A DNA stretch of 64,000 nt from Cladosporium halotolerans. Its lineage: Eukaryota. The position numbers were made by a program, and so were the translations under genes. Location: the NCBI RefSeq assembly GCF_011745625.1, contig NW_027191458.1:806001-870000 (forward strand). The letters are read 5' to 3'. Below the pieces are notes generated by a model. It had not been told where the DNA came from. It worked only from the letters and a program-made list of their open reading frames with translations, and made no database searches. Shown piece by piece: positions 13,084 to 24,558 of this stretch (positions are counted from its first letter, which is position 1; each line of letters begins with the position of its first letter).

Positions 13084-13688
13084 ATTTGTTGTTTATGATT
13101 GGCAGATTTTACGATGTAAACGGATTAACAGCTGAGCTGAAAAGCGACTTTACGATTGAGTTTGCATGCTGTTGGACGACATTTTCTGTTTCTGCACTTT
13201 CCAACACGCGATGCAAACAGCACTCGGCACCTCACATAAAACGCGTGGCTTCGTTATGACGATAGTCTTGTAAGTGATGTGTCGTACTCGCGTCCACCTA
13301 TACACAGGGCGTCTCAAGTTCACCCCAATCCGTCTTCCGGGCCTGTAGGCTCATACCCCATGGATGGCTTCTAACAACATGATGCACTCGGGGATTCTAC
13401 AGGTACCTGATATAGTCGATTCTGCCTTGCTCTTAGATCCCTCCAAGGAATTTGGAGATTGAGCCTTTTGCGGAGCATCTGGTGCACGGGACATTATTGC
13501 ATCCTGGCACTAACCGGGACCTGCAGCTTCCCGCTATCTGTTTGCAAGGTAGCTGTTTCGAACCGTTCCCGGCGTAAAGAGCTGCAGCTTCCCAGCAACG
13601 ATAGCAACCACCGATCGTCTTCCCCGTTCCATAAGTGCAACTCGCACACGTATCTTGACACCGACAAGATCTCTCACCTTAAGCGAAG

Positions 13689-14371
13689 ATGTCGGACGAC
13701 AACTACTATGACGACTATGACTACGACGACGGTTACGGCGATGACAGCTATGGTCACGACGACTACAGTGGCGGCGGCGGATACGAAGCCGACGACTTTG
13801 CTGCCCAGGACACTTCTGGTGGAAACTACAACGACAAACCCTCCTACAACGACGGCCATTCCACTGGAACTGACAGCTCCGACCCGTACACCACTGACAG
13901 CGATGCCGCAACCCAGTACACGCCGGCCGAGAGCACCAGTGACGAACACTACGCCGCACAGGACGAGCCGTCCTCTCAATGGTCTGGCGGATACAACGAG
14001 CCTTACACCGTCACTGCCAGCGGCGAGAACTCCCAGGTTCGCAACAAAATCCTTCCCATCTGATTCCTAGCACAATCGGCTGACTTGCTGTTGGAAGGGA
14101 AATCACTGGTGCAACCGCGACTACGGCCCCGAGGCCCCGAACCAGAACTCGTACCACTACTCAAACACCAATGGGAGCTACTACTATTCCAATCCTGACG
14201 GTGAGAGCTTCATTTTGATCGTAAAGAGCGGCTGGAGCAAGAGCTGACAGTAGGACTGATTGAGGCTCCACGTACTACAACGATGGCCATGGCGGGAGCA
14301 AGTACACGCCTCCGGCCGCGGCTGACAATGGGGATGGTGGCGAGGCGGGGAAAGGCGACGGCGGTCGGTGA
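13689..14371 (+). CDS. Small Asp/Tyr/Gly-rich protein of unknown function, 185 aa
   Basis: Exons 13689-14036, 14098-14200, 14265-14371 total 558 nt. The spliced C-terminus NSQGNHWCNRDYG..NSYHYSNTNGSYYYSNPDGSTYYNDGHGGSKYTPP resembles a small uncharacterised fungal protein family (recognised from memory). Confidence 0.75.
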
Positions 14372-14762
14372 TTCTATCAGTCATCGGAGGAATTGAAAGT
14401 CGTGAGATGAGCAGAGGGCTGCATTCGCCGACTTGAGAGTCGAGCAAGTCTGAAGCAAGGTATTTAGTCTGGTCGGGAGGAGGGCTTGCTGAGACTTCCA
14501 CATGAAGTAGATTACAAATATCTAGAGCTCTCTCCGTTAAGAGCAGGGGAAACCTCCGTCTGTCTGCTTGTACAGTTCTCGAACGCGCGTGTTTACCATT
14601 ATGCCTTCTTTGAGCCCCGAACGCCGCGAAGCGTTGCCGGGGCATTACTTTGTAAGATTCTTTGGTCTTTTCTTTGTAGCTTTTCCGTCCCTTCTTCCAG
14701 CGCCGCGCAAATCGAAGCAGTCAGAAAGAGATGATGTCGCCGTCCCGAGAGCAAAAAGCATT

Positions 14763-16325
14763 TCAAGGCCGCCAGTACTTCCAAGCGCCAGGGTCGTTCT
14801 TGCCGCTCACGAGCTCCTCGACCCCCTCTCGCCCTTCGCCGGTCAGGAACATGTCCTCGTGGATCTCCTCGTCGTTGATGATGGCCGGGTAGAGCACGCC
14901 GACGCCGTCGCCGCCGAGCGTCGTCTCGTATCGCTCGAAGCCTTCCTCGGCCAGCTGATCGTAGAGTTTGTCCATGGGAGAGTCTTTCACGGAGAGGGGC
15001 TCGTGGGCGGCCTCGCCGTTCAATTGTGTGCCTTGCGCGCCTGAGGGTTTCAGTAGAGTGATGGCGCAGCCGCCGCCGCCGGCTCCCGTGAGCTTGGTCC
15101 AGCCTACGCCTGCTTGATCGACGAGGTAGCGCAGACGCTCGAGCTTGGGATGTGAGACACCAAGCGAGGTCAGCAGGCCGTGGTTGACGGACATGAGCTC
15201 TCCCAGGTGCTCGATACTGTCTTGGTTTGTGGGGTCGAAGTCTTCGCTCGTGATGCAGTCGTGCACGCTCCTGGTGATTGCGTCGATGCTGTCGAGAATG
15301 GAGTTTGCGACGGCCGGGTGCCGTTTCTTCAGATGCGCGACCTTAGCGACTTCCGCGGCGGTGGATTTTGCTTGGCATGTGTTGATCAGGAGGAGAGGGA
15401 GTTCGGGGAAGTCGCGCAAGACTTTGACCATGGGTGGTTTGCTGTAGTCTTTCCGTTGGAAGAGGACGGCACGGCCGTTGGTCGCTACTGTGTTGTCGAC
15501 ACCGCTGGGAGTGCCGTGGATGTTGAGTTCTCCAACGAAAGCCCAGCGGTTGATGCGCTCGAGTTGTTCCTCAGATTCATGGCTCATCTGGTCAGGGTGG
15601 GGTCCAGCGAGTGCACGAGCTTGGATCAAAAGTGCCGCAGAAATGCAGACGCTGATACTGGCGCTGCTTCCCAGACCGGCTCCAATTGGAATTGCAGATC
15701 GCAGTGCGTACACGCACGGTGGAGAGTGTTCCGAGCCAAGCGACAGAAAGAGGTACAGAAATGAGGACGCTGCGGACATGTGTACCTTCCTGATCTCTGG
15801 CTTCGCATCTGGGCTCACGTTCACGATGTGCGGTTGCATAGCCTCCAACAATTCCGGATCCAAGCTCGTGACCATATCATAGTACTTCTTTTTCTTTGTC
15901 GGGTGCGAGAACGCCGCCCAGGGCAAGTCGTGGATGTTCCATGTGTGGTCCAGACCAATGTCGGAGAACTTGAGGCTCACGGTGCGTTTTGACTTGCTCA
16001 GTGTGGTGACGAGCAAGTATGACCTGAGAGAGATTGCAGCCGCGATCGCCGCCTTGCCGTGTACCACCGCATGCTCTCCATACACGATGGTCTTGCCTGG
16101 CGCGGAGACAATGAAGGGAGGCGCGAGAGGGTTCGAGTGCTTGCGGTCGTGCATGGGTATTCGCTTTGCGCCGTTGGTAGCGGTGGGATGGTCGGATCCG
16201 TTGGTTGCGGCGGCTACAGTGACATGTTTCGACTGAGGCGAGGCGTGCCCGTTCGTTTCTCTGTGAAGGCCGTTGCCCAGCGGGGTGCCATTGGAGGCGT
16301 ATGACCCGTTCGCCGCGTGCCCCAT
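14763..16325 (-). CDS. ERG12: Mevalonate kinase (GHMP family)
   Basis: SAPGKTIVYGEHAVVHGK, PIGAGLGSSA, HGTPSGVDN, KLTGAGGGGC. Start uncertain: in-frame ATGs at 16691, 16469, 16325 and 16154. Confidence 0.93.
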   Translation of the reverse strand: MGHAANGSYASNGTPLGNGLHRETNGHASPQSKHVTVAAATNGSDHPTATNGAKRIPMHDRKHSNPLAPPFIVSAPGKTIVYGEHAVVHGKAAIAAAISLRSYLLVTTLSKSKRTVSLKFSDIGLDHTWNIHDLPWAAFSHPTKKKKYYDMVTSLDPELLEAMQPHIVNVSPDAKPEIRKVHMSAASSFLYLFLSLGSEHSPPCVYALRSAIPIGAGLGSSASISVCISAALLIQARALAGPHPDQMSHESEEQLERINRWAFVGELNIHGTPSGVDNTVATNGRAVLFQRKDYSKPPMVKVLRDFPELPLLLINTCQAKSTAAEVAKVAHLKKRHPAVANSILDSIDAITRSVHDCITSEDFDPTNQDSIEHLGELMSVNHGLLTSLGVSHPKLERLRYLVDQAGVGWTKLTGAGGGGCAITLLKPSGAQGTQLNGEAAHEPLSVKDSPMDKLYDQLAEEGFERYETTLGGDGVGVLYPAIINDEEIHEDMFLTGEGREGVEELVSGKNDPGAWKYWRP

Positions 16326-17149
16326 GGCTTCCTCCTTATTGAACTCTGTTGGCGTTCCGGGGTGCCGCTGTTGGGTAGAATCTGCCTTCAAGCTCTCGGA
16401 AAGAGAGTGACTTTCTTGCCGATCGGCTGTGTCAGAAATCGAATGGCGGCCCTGTACGTTGGGCAGCATCCTCTGGGCGGCATTATCGTTCGATTTCTCG
16501 ATTGCGCTGCAGGCGAACTCGATGGTCTGAGCTTTCTGGGGTAGCGAGCCCCTTGCATCCTCATGCAAGACGTTTCGCCGCGCTGGTGATTGGCTGTCGA
16601 TCGCAAAGCCTCGTCCGCCCCGCGAGCTTTGCGTTGGAGACACTAGGGCATAGAGCTTGTCTTCGCCATAGGGCGCTCTAAGGAACAGCATGTTGCCGTC
16701 GTTGTCGTTCTCCTCGTAAATCGGAAAATCAAAAGCAGGAAAGGTTGGTGCAGCTTAGCCGTTGTAACCCCGTCTTTGTTGCTCGGTTTCTCAGACAATA
16801 CTAAGCGAGTTGGCGAGAGACCACATGGATACCACGCGACAACAACAATCCCAAGACAAGCTCATTCACGAGGTGCAAAAGTAACTCACAGGCTCGTGAT
16901 CCAACTATCAAGATTTGCGTTTGAACCAGCCAGTCGCATGTCAGAAAACACACTGAAGTAAGGCCGTGTAATTTTCACTGGCCACTGATCCCGAACCACG
17001 CGACCGCTAGCAGAGCGAAGCAACGTCGACCATAACAAACGTAGTGCACGTTGGATCCGGATGTTCCATTCTTTATCGACTGATGTGTGTATAGTGAAAG
17101 GGGTATCATTTGTAAGAGACTGGTCTAGATATATAGGAGCATGTCGCAT

Positions 17150-18152
17150 CTACTGGGTGCCGACGACATTGCGCCAGATGAACTCGTCAATGTAGTTGAA
17201 ATAGCCCGCTTCGGCCACGGTGCTGTTGTGGTCACCATATGGCAGCTCCTTCCAGACGACAGTCTTGGACTTGCACAGCTTGAATAGTTGCTTCATGTGG
17301 CTCGGTCTATCTCTCGTTAGCTGATATTCCATTCATTGCCGCAAATCAAGAGGATACTCACGGCACGATCTCGTCTTGCAACCCGCTCAAAAACAAAATA
17401 GGAACACTGTCGATCTTCGGAATCATCGCCTCACTGCGCCAGTATTCATGACAGAAAGGCGTCAACCACTTCGCCACGGGCACCGCGCTAGGAATCATCT
17501 TGGCAATGCTGAGGAAAGTGTTCTCCAAGATCAGCCCCTTGATATCGCCAGCGGCCTGGTTCTTCGAAACGAGATCGATTGAAACAGCACCGCCGATACT
17601 CTGCCCGTAGACGACGATCTTGTTGCCTTTGAGATCGTCGCGCGAGCGGATGTAGTCGAGGCCCGTTTGTGCATCGATCACGAGGCCTTTCTCGTTCGGC
17701 ATGCCAGTCGAGAGACCGTAGCCGCGGTACTCAAGCATGAGCACGGTGCAATTGACGTCGTTGGCGAGCACGCGACCGATGGGGAGACGGTGACCGATGT
17801 TTCCTGCATTGCCGTGGAAGGCGAGGATCGTCACGGGGCGGGCTTGGGATTTGTTGGAAGGACGTAAGAGGAAGGCGCTAAGTGTCTCGCCGTCAGGTGT
17901 TGAGATTGAGAGTTCTTCGTGGTCTTCGATACCAAATTGGGCTGGTCGAGGGACGTCCGTTCGCGCTCCGGGAGGGATGTTGCGGGGATAGATTATCTCG
18001 CTGGGACTGATGTTAATTGGATTTTTTGGACGCTTTGCTCGCTCATGTCAGAGCACATACTTTTGGTAGTAGTACAGAGCTGCACTTCCAAGGCCAAATA
18101 TTGTGGAACTCGCGTAGAATGGATATCGCATCCATCCCCAGAGGGCGCTCAT
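17150..18152 (-). CDS. bem46: Bem46/ABHD13-like alpha/beta hydrolase
   Basis: Exons 18152-18061, 18000-17362, 17306-17150. Translation MSALWGWMRYPF..YYYQNEIIYPR..FHGNAGNIGHR..YRGYG..GQSIGG (nucleophile elbow)..LENTF..DEIVPPSHM..GDHN. Confidence 0.9.
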
Positions 18153-18367
18153 GGTGGCGATTTGGCTGACGACTTGCGACCTCGCCGATCAAGAGCAAGT
18201 ATTTCTATGAACGGTAGCGACAGAATTGGCCGCTGTCTCACTCCCAAAAGCACTTACGTTGGGCGAATCAAACATGCAGCTGTGTTCACTTGCAGGCATC
18301 GTCCTGATCGAGCGACGTGGGCGCGGATCTTGCCGCAGCGCGGAAGCTTTGACCGGCCTGACGACGC

Positions 18368-18373
18368 GGAGCT
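18368..18373 (+). promoter_or_regulatory. GGAGCT motif, possible Rpn4-type proteasome element, in the bem46/PRE3 divergent promoter
   Basis: The hexamer lies about 165 nt upstream of PRE3. From memory, GGAGCT was reported upstream of proteasome genes in filamentous ascomycetes. A single 6-mer is weak evidence. Confidence 0.3.
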
Positions 18374-18534
18374 CGCAGCCTGGTGGTGTCGTCGGTCTAG
18401 CAGCTGCAACGGTCCATCGAAACATCACGTCAACCACACGAACGCTACTCAAACACCTTCACGAAACCCTTCGCACCATACGTTGTGTCAAGGCCTCCTT
18501 TCCCGTTCCACGACACGAATACAGATTAGCGATC

Positions 18535-19482
18535 ATGGTGCAGACAACGGGCATGCTCGGCGAGGGTATGCATATCTATGAGCACACGATGAAGTGGTCG
18601 ACGAGCAAGGCTGATCTGGTGCGCAGATGGTATTCACGTTGACATGGGTCACTTGAAGAGTGGCGAGGTCAAGTAAGCACAGCATCCAATCAGTAATCAT
18701 CGCGCAGTCGCTAATTGTGAGCCAGCCTCGGAACATCGATGTACGTTCAGACCCCAGCGGCCAGCGGCCACCGACGAGGAGCGACAAATGTCAAACCACA
18801 TACGACATCTACTGACAAGTTGAAAGCATGGCGATCAACTTTAAGGATGGCGTGATCCTCGGCGCAGACAGCAGAACGACCACTGGCGCATACATCGCAA
18901 ACAGAGTGACGGACAAGCTCACAAGAGTACACGACACCATCTGGTGCTGCAGGTCGGGCTCGGCGGCGGACACACAGGCGGTTGCGGACATCGTGCAGTA
19001 CCACTTGGGAATGTACGGCATCACGAACGACGAGGCGCCGACCACACAGACTGCGGCAGCCATCTTCCAAGAGCTTTGCTACGAGAACAAGGATGCACTG
19101 AGGTAAGGGGAGCATCATGTTGGGCGGAAGGCAGGATGCTGACATTTCGCGCAGCGCTGGTATCATCATTGCAGGTTGGGATCACAGACACGGCGGTCAG
19201 GTCTACTCGATTCCCCTCGGCGGCTCGCTCCACAAGCAGGCATACTCGATCGGCGGCTCTGGCTCAACATACATCTACGGTTACTGCGACGCCAACTGGA
19301 AGGAGAACATGACCGAGCAGGAAGGCGTCAAGTTCGTCAAGGGTGCGCTGCAGGAGGCGATCAAGTGGGACGGCAGCTCGGGCGGTGTGATTCGCATGGT
19401 GGTCCTCACGAAGAGAGGCGCAGAGAGGCACCTGTACCTGCCCGACAGGAACTACGAGGGCCCAGGTATGGACAGGCCTTAA
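18535..19482 (+). CDS. PRE3: 20S proteasome subunit beta 1 (caspase-like)
   Basis: Exons 18535-18565, 18627-18672, 18726-18740, 18827-19102, 19155-19482 give [95 protein letters not shown]. Confidence 0.96.
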
Positions 19483-20652
19483 AGGGCCGGCTGTTTCCTT
19501 TTGAGGGCGGGATGCCGAGGGCTGGGCGCGGCAAAGGCTCGCGCAAGCCAACTGCGACCGCCTGAGCACTGTACCTATAGACATAACCTCGCAGGCGTGT
19601 TCTGGGCAGCCAGCGCGCCGTCTGAATGCATATGGCTTGCGCGGATCGGGCTAGCGTGAGCACGTGGGCCTGGTCCGGCAGGCGTTACGACAGGTAGATC
19701 GAGAGAGAAAAAGGCAATAATGTGATCTGTCCGCTCAGCCTCGATGCAGTGCCGGTAGGAGTGCCAGCGATGTCGTCAATTTCCTGTAGATCAGCGCGTG
19801 CCGCGCCCCCAGCAGGCAATCACAGTGCAGACGGCGATGGATAGCCTGCCGGCACAGCAGCAGTGCACGCCGCAGGTATACAGGCGGCCGGGAGGTGTTC
19901 GGGAGCGGTGCAGGATGTGGCGGCGGCGGTCAGGGCTGCTGTCATCGCGCGCGGTTTAGCCTCGCGGGCCGGAGGGTTGGGTGAAGCTGGCGCGACGGCA
20001 GCGGGCCCGCCAATCCCAACTGACATCTTTCTGTGTTTCCCAGGTCCCTCGCTCTGATATCACCCTCTCCCCCGCCAGCACCGCCGGCTCCCACCACCCA
20101 CACCATACCACGCGCGCTGTCCAATTCGCTTTGAGCACGGCGCAGGCGGGACACGCGCATCTGGCATGCAGGTGAGTCGAGCTGCCGTTTCCTTTGCCCT
20201 CACGCCCTCCGCAGGCGCCGCCGCGAGCTATCGCGCTTCGCTGCCTCCCCTCCTGCCTGCCCTCGCGTCACTGCCCGCCGCCGCTGCAGGGCCTCAGCCT
20301 TCGCGTCACCGACACCACCGCCTGCTCGTCCTCGTCCTGCGATATCCCCTCCGCCCTGCCCGCCGCCCTCTCGCCTGGCGACTCGTCCTAAGATCCCGCT
20401 CCCCTCGCTCCGCGGATAGAGTTGCGCGTTGCCCCACGCCAGGAAACCGAGGGTCGATTCGCTTTCACATGCATCCGGGTGCCACGACCATCCCTGCCTC
20501 GACCCAGTGACAACACCCGTCTTCACGTCAGACGACAATTTCCGCGTTCTCACATCCGCAACGAATTAGTCCGACAGCTCTTAACCACCAACATCCACTG
20601 ACCCGCATCCCCTTCAGACAGCACTTCTGCCAGGAACGGCCTATGAGCTACT

Positions 20653-22108
20653 ATGGGCTCGGTGGTAATCGACGCGGTGAACTCTTTCTTCAGTCAACCT
20701 CCGACCCACACCCACGCCCAACACGCATACCACGACCCCGCGCCGCAACGAGCGCGCAACCCGCAACCAAGCCCCAACCCGCCGCAGCGAAGCCGGACGC
20801 AGTCCCGGACTCCCGCGTCGTCGATGTCACAGAGAACGCCGAGCGCGTCGGCATCTCAGCATGTTCACCGAGACGATGCATCCTCACATTTGCACGCGAG
20901 AGCTGCACCGCAGCCGCCCGCTAGCCCTGGTCTAGGCGCAAGGTCTGCGCCGCTTAGCGACGCACCTGCACCAACTGCACAGTCTAGCACTTCGGATTCA
21001 AGGCCTTCGAGAAGGAAGATCAAAGTGCGAGATTTGGAGCACATACAAAGCTTCGCGACCGAAGACATGGGCGCCTTTTCTGAGATCAGGAGCCGCAGCC
21101 GGTCACGGTCCCGCGGCGCAGACGAAAGCCCGCAATACGAGATCAGCGAAATGAAAGTCGAGCATATCATCGAAATGGTAGCAGGCCTGCTGACGAAGAT
21201 TACGACCACAAACGACCAGCAACACGAGCATTTACATCGGCAGCCTCCGTCGATCGACGGTGCAATGCACCTCAACCCCCAAACAAGCAGCGTTGTCGCA
21301 TTCCATGGGAAAAACGTTCCGAGCATAACAATCCTGAGCTATCTCACCAGAATCAACAAGTACTGCCCCACCAGCTACGAAGTCTTCCTGAGCCTGCTGG
21401 TATACTTCGACCGCATGACGGAACGCGTCAATGCCGGCCCCATGCAAAGCCTCCGGGAAGCGAACGCGCAAGCATACGAAAGGAACAAGAGCCGGCGCAG
21501 CTCAAGCGAGTCTTCCGAATCCTCTGACGACGATGATCGGATGGAAGGCGTAGAGAGCACGTCAAACTCGGGTGGGCAGACTGCAACACCGCCCGCGTCT
21601 GGCGGCTTGGAGAAGCCTATACAATCAGGGGTGCCTGGCACGCCGCATAGCAGGCCGCAGCAGCCAGAGTCGCCATCCGAGGCACCGACGATTGATCCTT
21701 ATAACTTGTCACATTTCTTTGTGGTGGACAGCTTCAACATCCACAGGCTGGTGATTGCAGGCGTCACCTGCGCAAGCAAGTTCTTCTCGGATATCTTCTA
21801 CACAAATTCGAGATATGCAAAGGTAATGCTGAGCCTAATCTTCTTGCTAAAAGATACGTTTGCTAATTGTCCAACAGGTTGGCGGTCTGCCACTGCCCGA
21901 GTTGAACCACTTGGAACTGCAATTCCTCCTACTGAACGATTTCCGTCTGTCGGTGCCTGTCGAAGAGATAGAAGCTTACGGCACCATGCTTGTCGAGTTC
22001 TACGCGCGAGAGGTCGTTGCACAGCAAAAGGCTGCCGAGCTCATGCAGGCCCGCTCCCTCAGCGAGAGCTCCGAGGACAGCGTTGCCACCGTACGCGCCG
22101 CGGGATGA
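20653..22108 (+). CDS. Pho85-type cyclin (Pho80/Pcl6-Pcl7 subfamily)
   Basis: Cyclin box FHGKNVPSITILSYLTRINKYCP..FNIHRLVIAGVTCASKFFSDIFYTNSRYAK|VGGLPLPELNHLELQFL, with an intron at 21823-21877. The start codon is tentative; an acceptor-like CTGAC..CAG at about 20598-20617 suggests an upstream exon or 5'UTR intron. Confidence 0.88.
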
Positions 22109-24558
22109 GCCAAACCTTGCACTGGCGACGAATCACCCACTGCAAATCGCAAACCACATTACAGGTCAGGAGCACATGGTGCTGTAGATTCGATCATGAA
22201 TCGATTCCTACGCCAAACAAACCTGTGCCCGCTCCTACACCAACCGCATTGACGGCATTAATCACGACGTTACGAACGCTCTAAGACACATTCTCGCCGA
22301 GAATCCACCCACATAAATCAAATGCAACTCCTCAAGGGAGCATCGATCATCCGCCATGACCCTACACCTCAACAAACCTTCAATATGCGACCCGCAACCG
22401 AAGGACACATAGACGCTGCCCGACCCTCGGCTCAACTAGTCACACCACCCACCTCTGCGTTCCTGCATTCAACTCTTGTTCTGCGTTGCATGGATCGAAC
22501 CCGCCTTCTTTGCGTTCTTTCTTACCATCGTCGTCGCGTCGTTCACGGTATACCCACAACGTCGTTTCTTCCGCGTTCCAAACATGCTCTCACGCGTTCC
22601 GCGGTTCTTGCGTTCTTGACGGTGTTCTAATGGCGCGCGGGTTTCGCTCTTGCTTTTCTTTTTGCTGCTGCTCACCAAGACTGTTACTGGAGCTTACTTC
22701 TCTTGCCGCTGTTTTACTTCAGACGAGGGTTTTTGTTTTCGATGAGTACTCTAGATCGAGGGCTCGAGTATAGATGGCTTTCTTGATTCGATTCGATTCG
22801 TTGACTTTCCTTCTTTCGTGCTCTTCGTATCTACTGTGCTTGGGGCCTGAGAGGGGTGCTCTTGCGAATGTCGTTCGTCTTTGCTGTTGTGCAAAGGCAC
22901 CGAGCGAGTGGAGCGGGGTGGTAGCTGGATTTTCTTTCTCCCTTCTCCTGTTCGCTGTTGGTTGCGAATTGTGAGGGTGGGAGTTTGGTCCGTAATGAGT
23001 GAAGGTTTTCTGCGTGATTATTGTACCTCAAGCCGTGTCATTTCTCCTGTGATCATTCTGTGACGCATGGATGGTTGACTTTAGACACATGTCTCTGCCC
23101 TGTCGTTTTGTGCTACCAGGGCGGCCACTTGCCAGCTGCCGCGGCGCTGTTGGTGCGGATTTCGTGTTCCGCGAACCTGGTTTGTATGTTCTCCTTCACG
23201 CGTGTGTTTTGTGGCGGTCGTACTTGACGCGTCAGCGCTGCTTGCTGTTGTATTGTCGCACGAGATCGTCGGAGGTCAGGTAGAAACGGGTTCCCGACAG
23301 GTGCCGTAGTTGAGTCTGGTACAGTTTATACAGTTTTGTTACACGATTGCTGTTTTTGCTCTGGTCATTGAACTGGGTGTGGTTCCATGCATCTTCCGAA
23401 TTGCACCTGCTACTCTTATGATGTGGTGAACACACGAAGGTTGAGATTTGACATCCTGGACCGATCAACCAATTCTCGGCTGTCAAGTAGCACCTGACGA
23501 TAATTGCCATCAAGGCAAACGCGGCTCCGCTAAGATTCACCGCAGAGTTGACCAGGCGTCAATAGGGTCGACAGGAGCAATCGAGTGCGACAAGGTTCGT
23601 CGACGGATGTTTGATTCGTCACATAGCCATTCACTGCGTTGGACGCCGCAACGTGTGGTCGGTGAGGGAGGCGCCCGATTTGCGAGACTTTTTGGGCACA
23701 AGCCACGAGGATTTAGGTGCTGCTAGCTGCATGGCCCGGGGCTAGCGCAGGCACTAGGCACAACAAAACCCTGGCCCTCGACAAGGCTGTGACGTTCCAT
23801 CGTGCCATCACAGGCTTGTTTTTTTTTGTCGAGGCAGCTTGCAGTGGTAGTAAAGATGGCTGTGTTACGCAAGCGGGATGCCGTTGTTGAGAAGGCGTGC
23901 CACGGGGCCGTTCTCCACTCCGTCGCTCGCTTCTACCCGTCGCTGCCAGGTCTGCTGGTGGCCCAGTGCATCCATCCCTGTTGGGTTTGGTGATGGCGTC
24001 GTGGTCCCTAGTTTGCGTAGACTTTTCCAGAATATGAGCGTCGTTTCCTGCTGGCGCCCTGTGCCCACCCAAGAAGCTCAATCATCGCCGCAACGCTGCC
24101 ACGCCTATTATATACATACACGTGCCAGTCCTCTCGTGTCGCCACCTGTCATCCACGCGAGAGCACAGCAAGGCTCGTGCCCATGACCTCACGCTGACCG
24201 AGCAATTTCCTACCTGGGTGCTGTCGACCTCGCACCGCTGTTCTGGCGCGCCTCAGCTAGTGAACGCGACCCCTGCAAGTGACGGCTTTGTTTGCGCATC
24301 TGCACGCAAATCCAACCTCACCGCGACCCTAACACGCGCCTTCCTGCTGTTCACCTTATTTTGCACCTATTCTTGCCGCCGACTTCCTCCCGCGGCTTCA
24401 ACAATCTCTGCTCAATCACCCTCCCACAATCTCACCTGTTCGTGCACATCACCACTGCCTCCCACAGACACATACACATCAGCCTCCTCGCCCGCTTCTG
24501 CGACGCGATTGCGTCGAAAATCGCCGAGTAGCAAAATCCACCCTCTTCGTTCGCCAAG

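Noticed and set aside
1..19482. ECM29, ATG1 and PRE3 within 20 kb as a 'proteostasis cluster'
   Set aside because: They are interspersed with unrelated housekeeping genes, and I did not find a shared promoter motif upstream of ECM29. Chance linkage is adequate.
21823..22284. 543-aa cyclin ORF with an alternative C-terminus
   Set aside because: This is read-through of a canonical 55-nt intron. Splicing restores the conserved YAKVGGLPL.ELN.LE motif.
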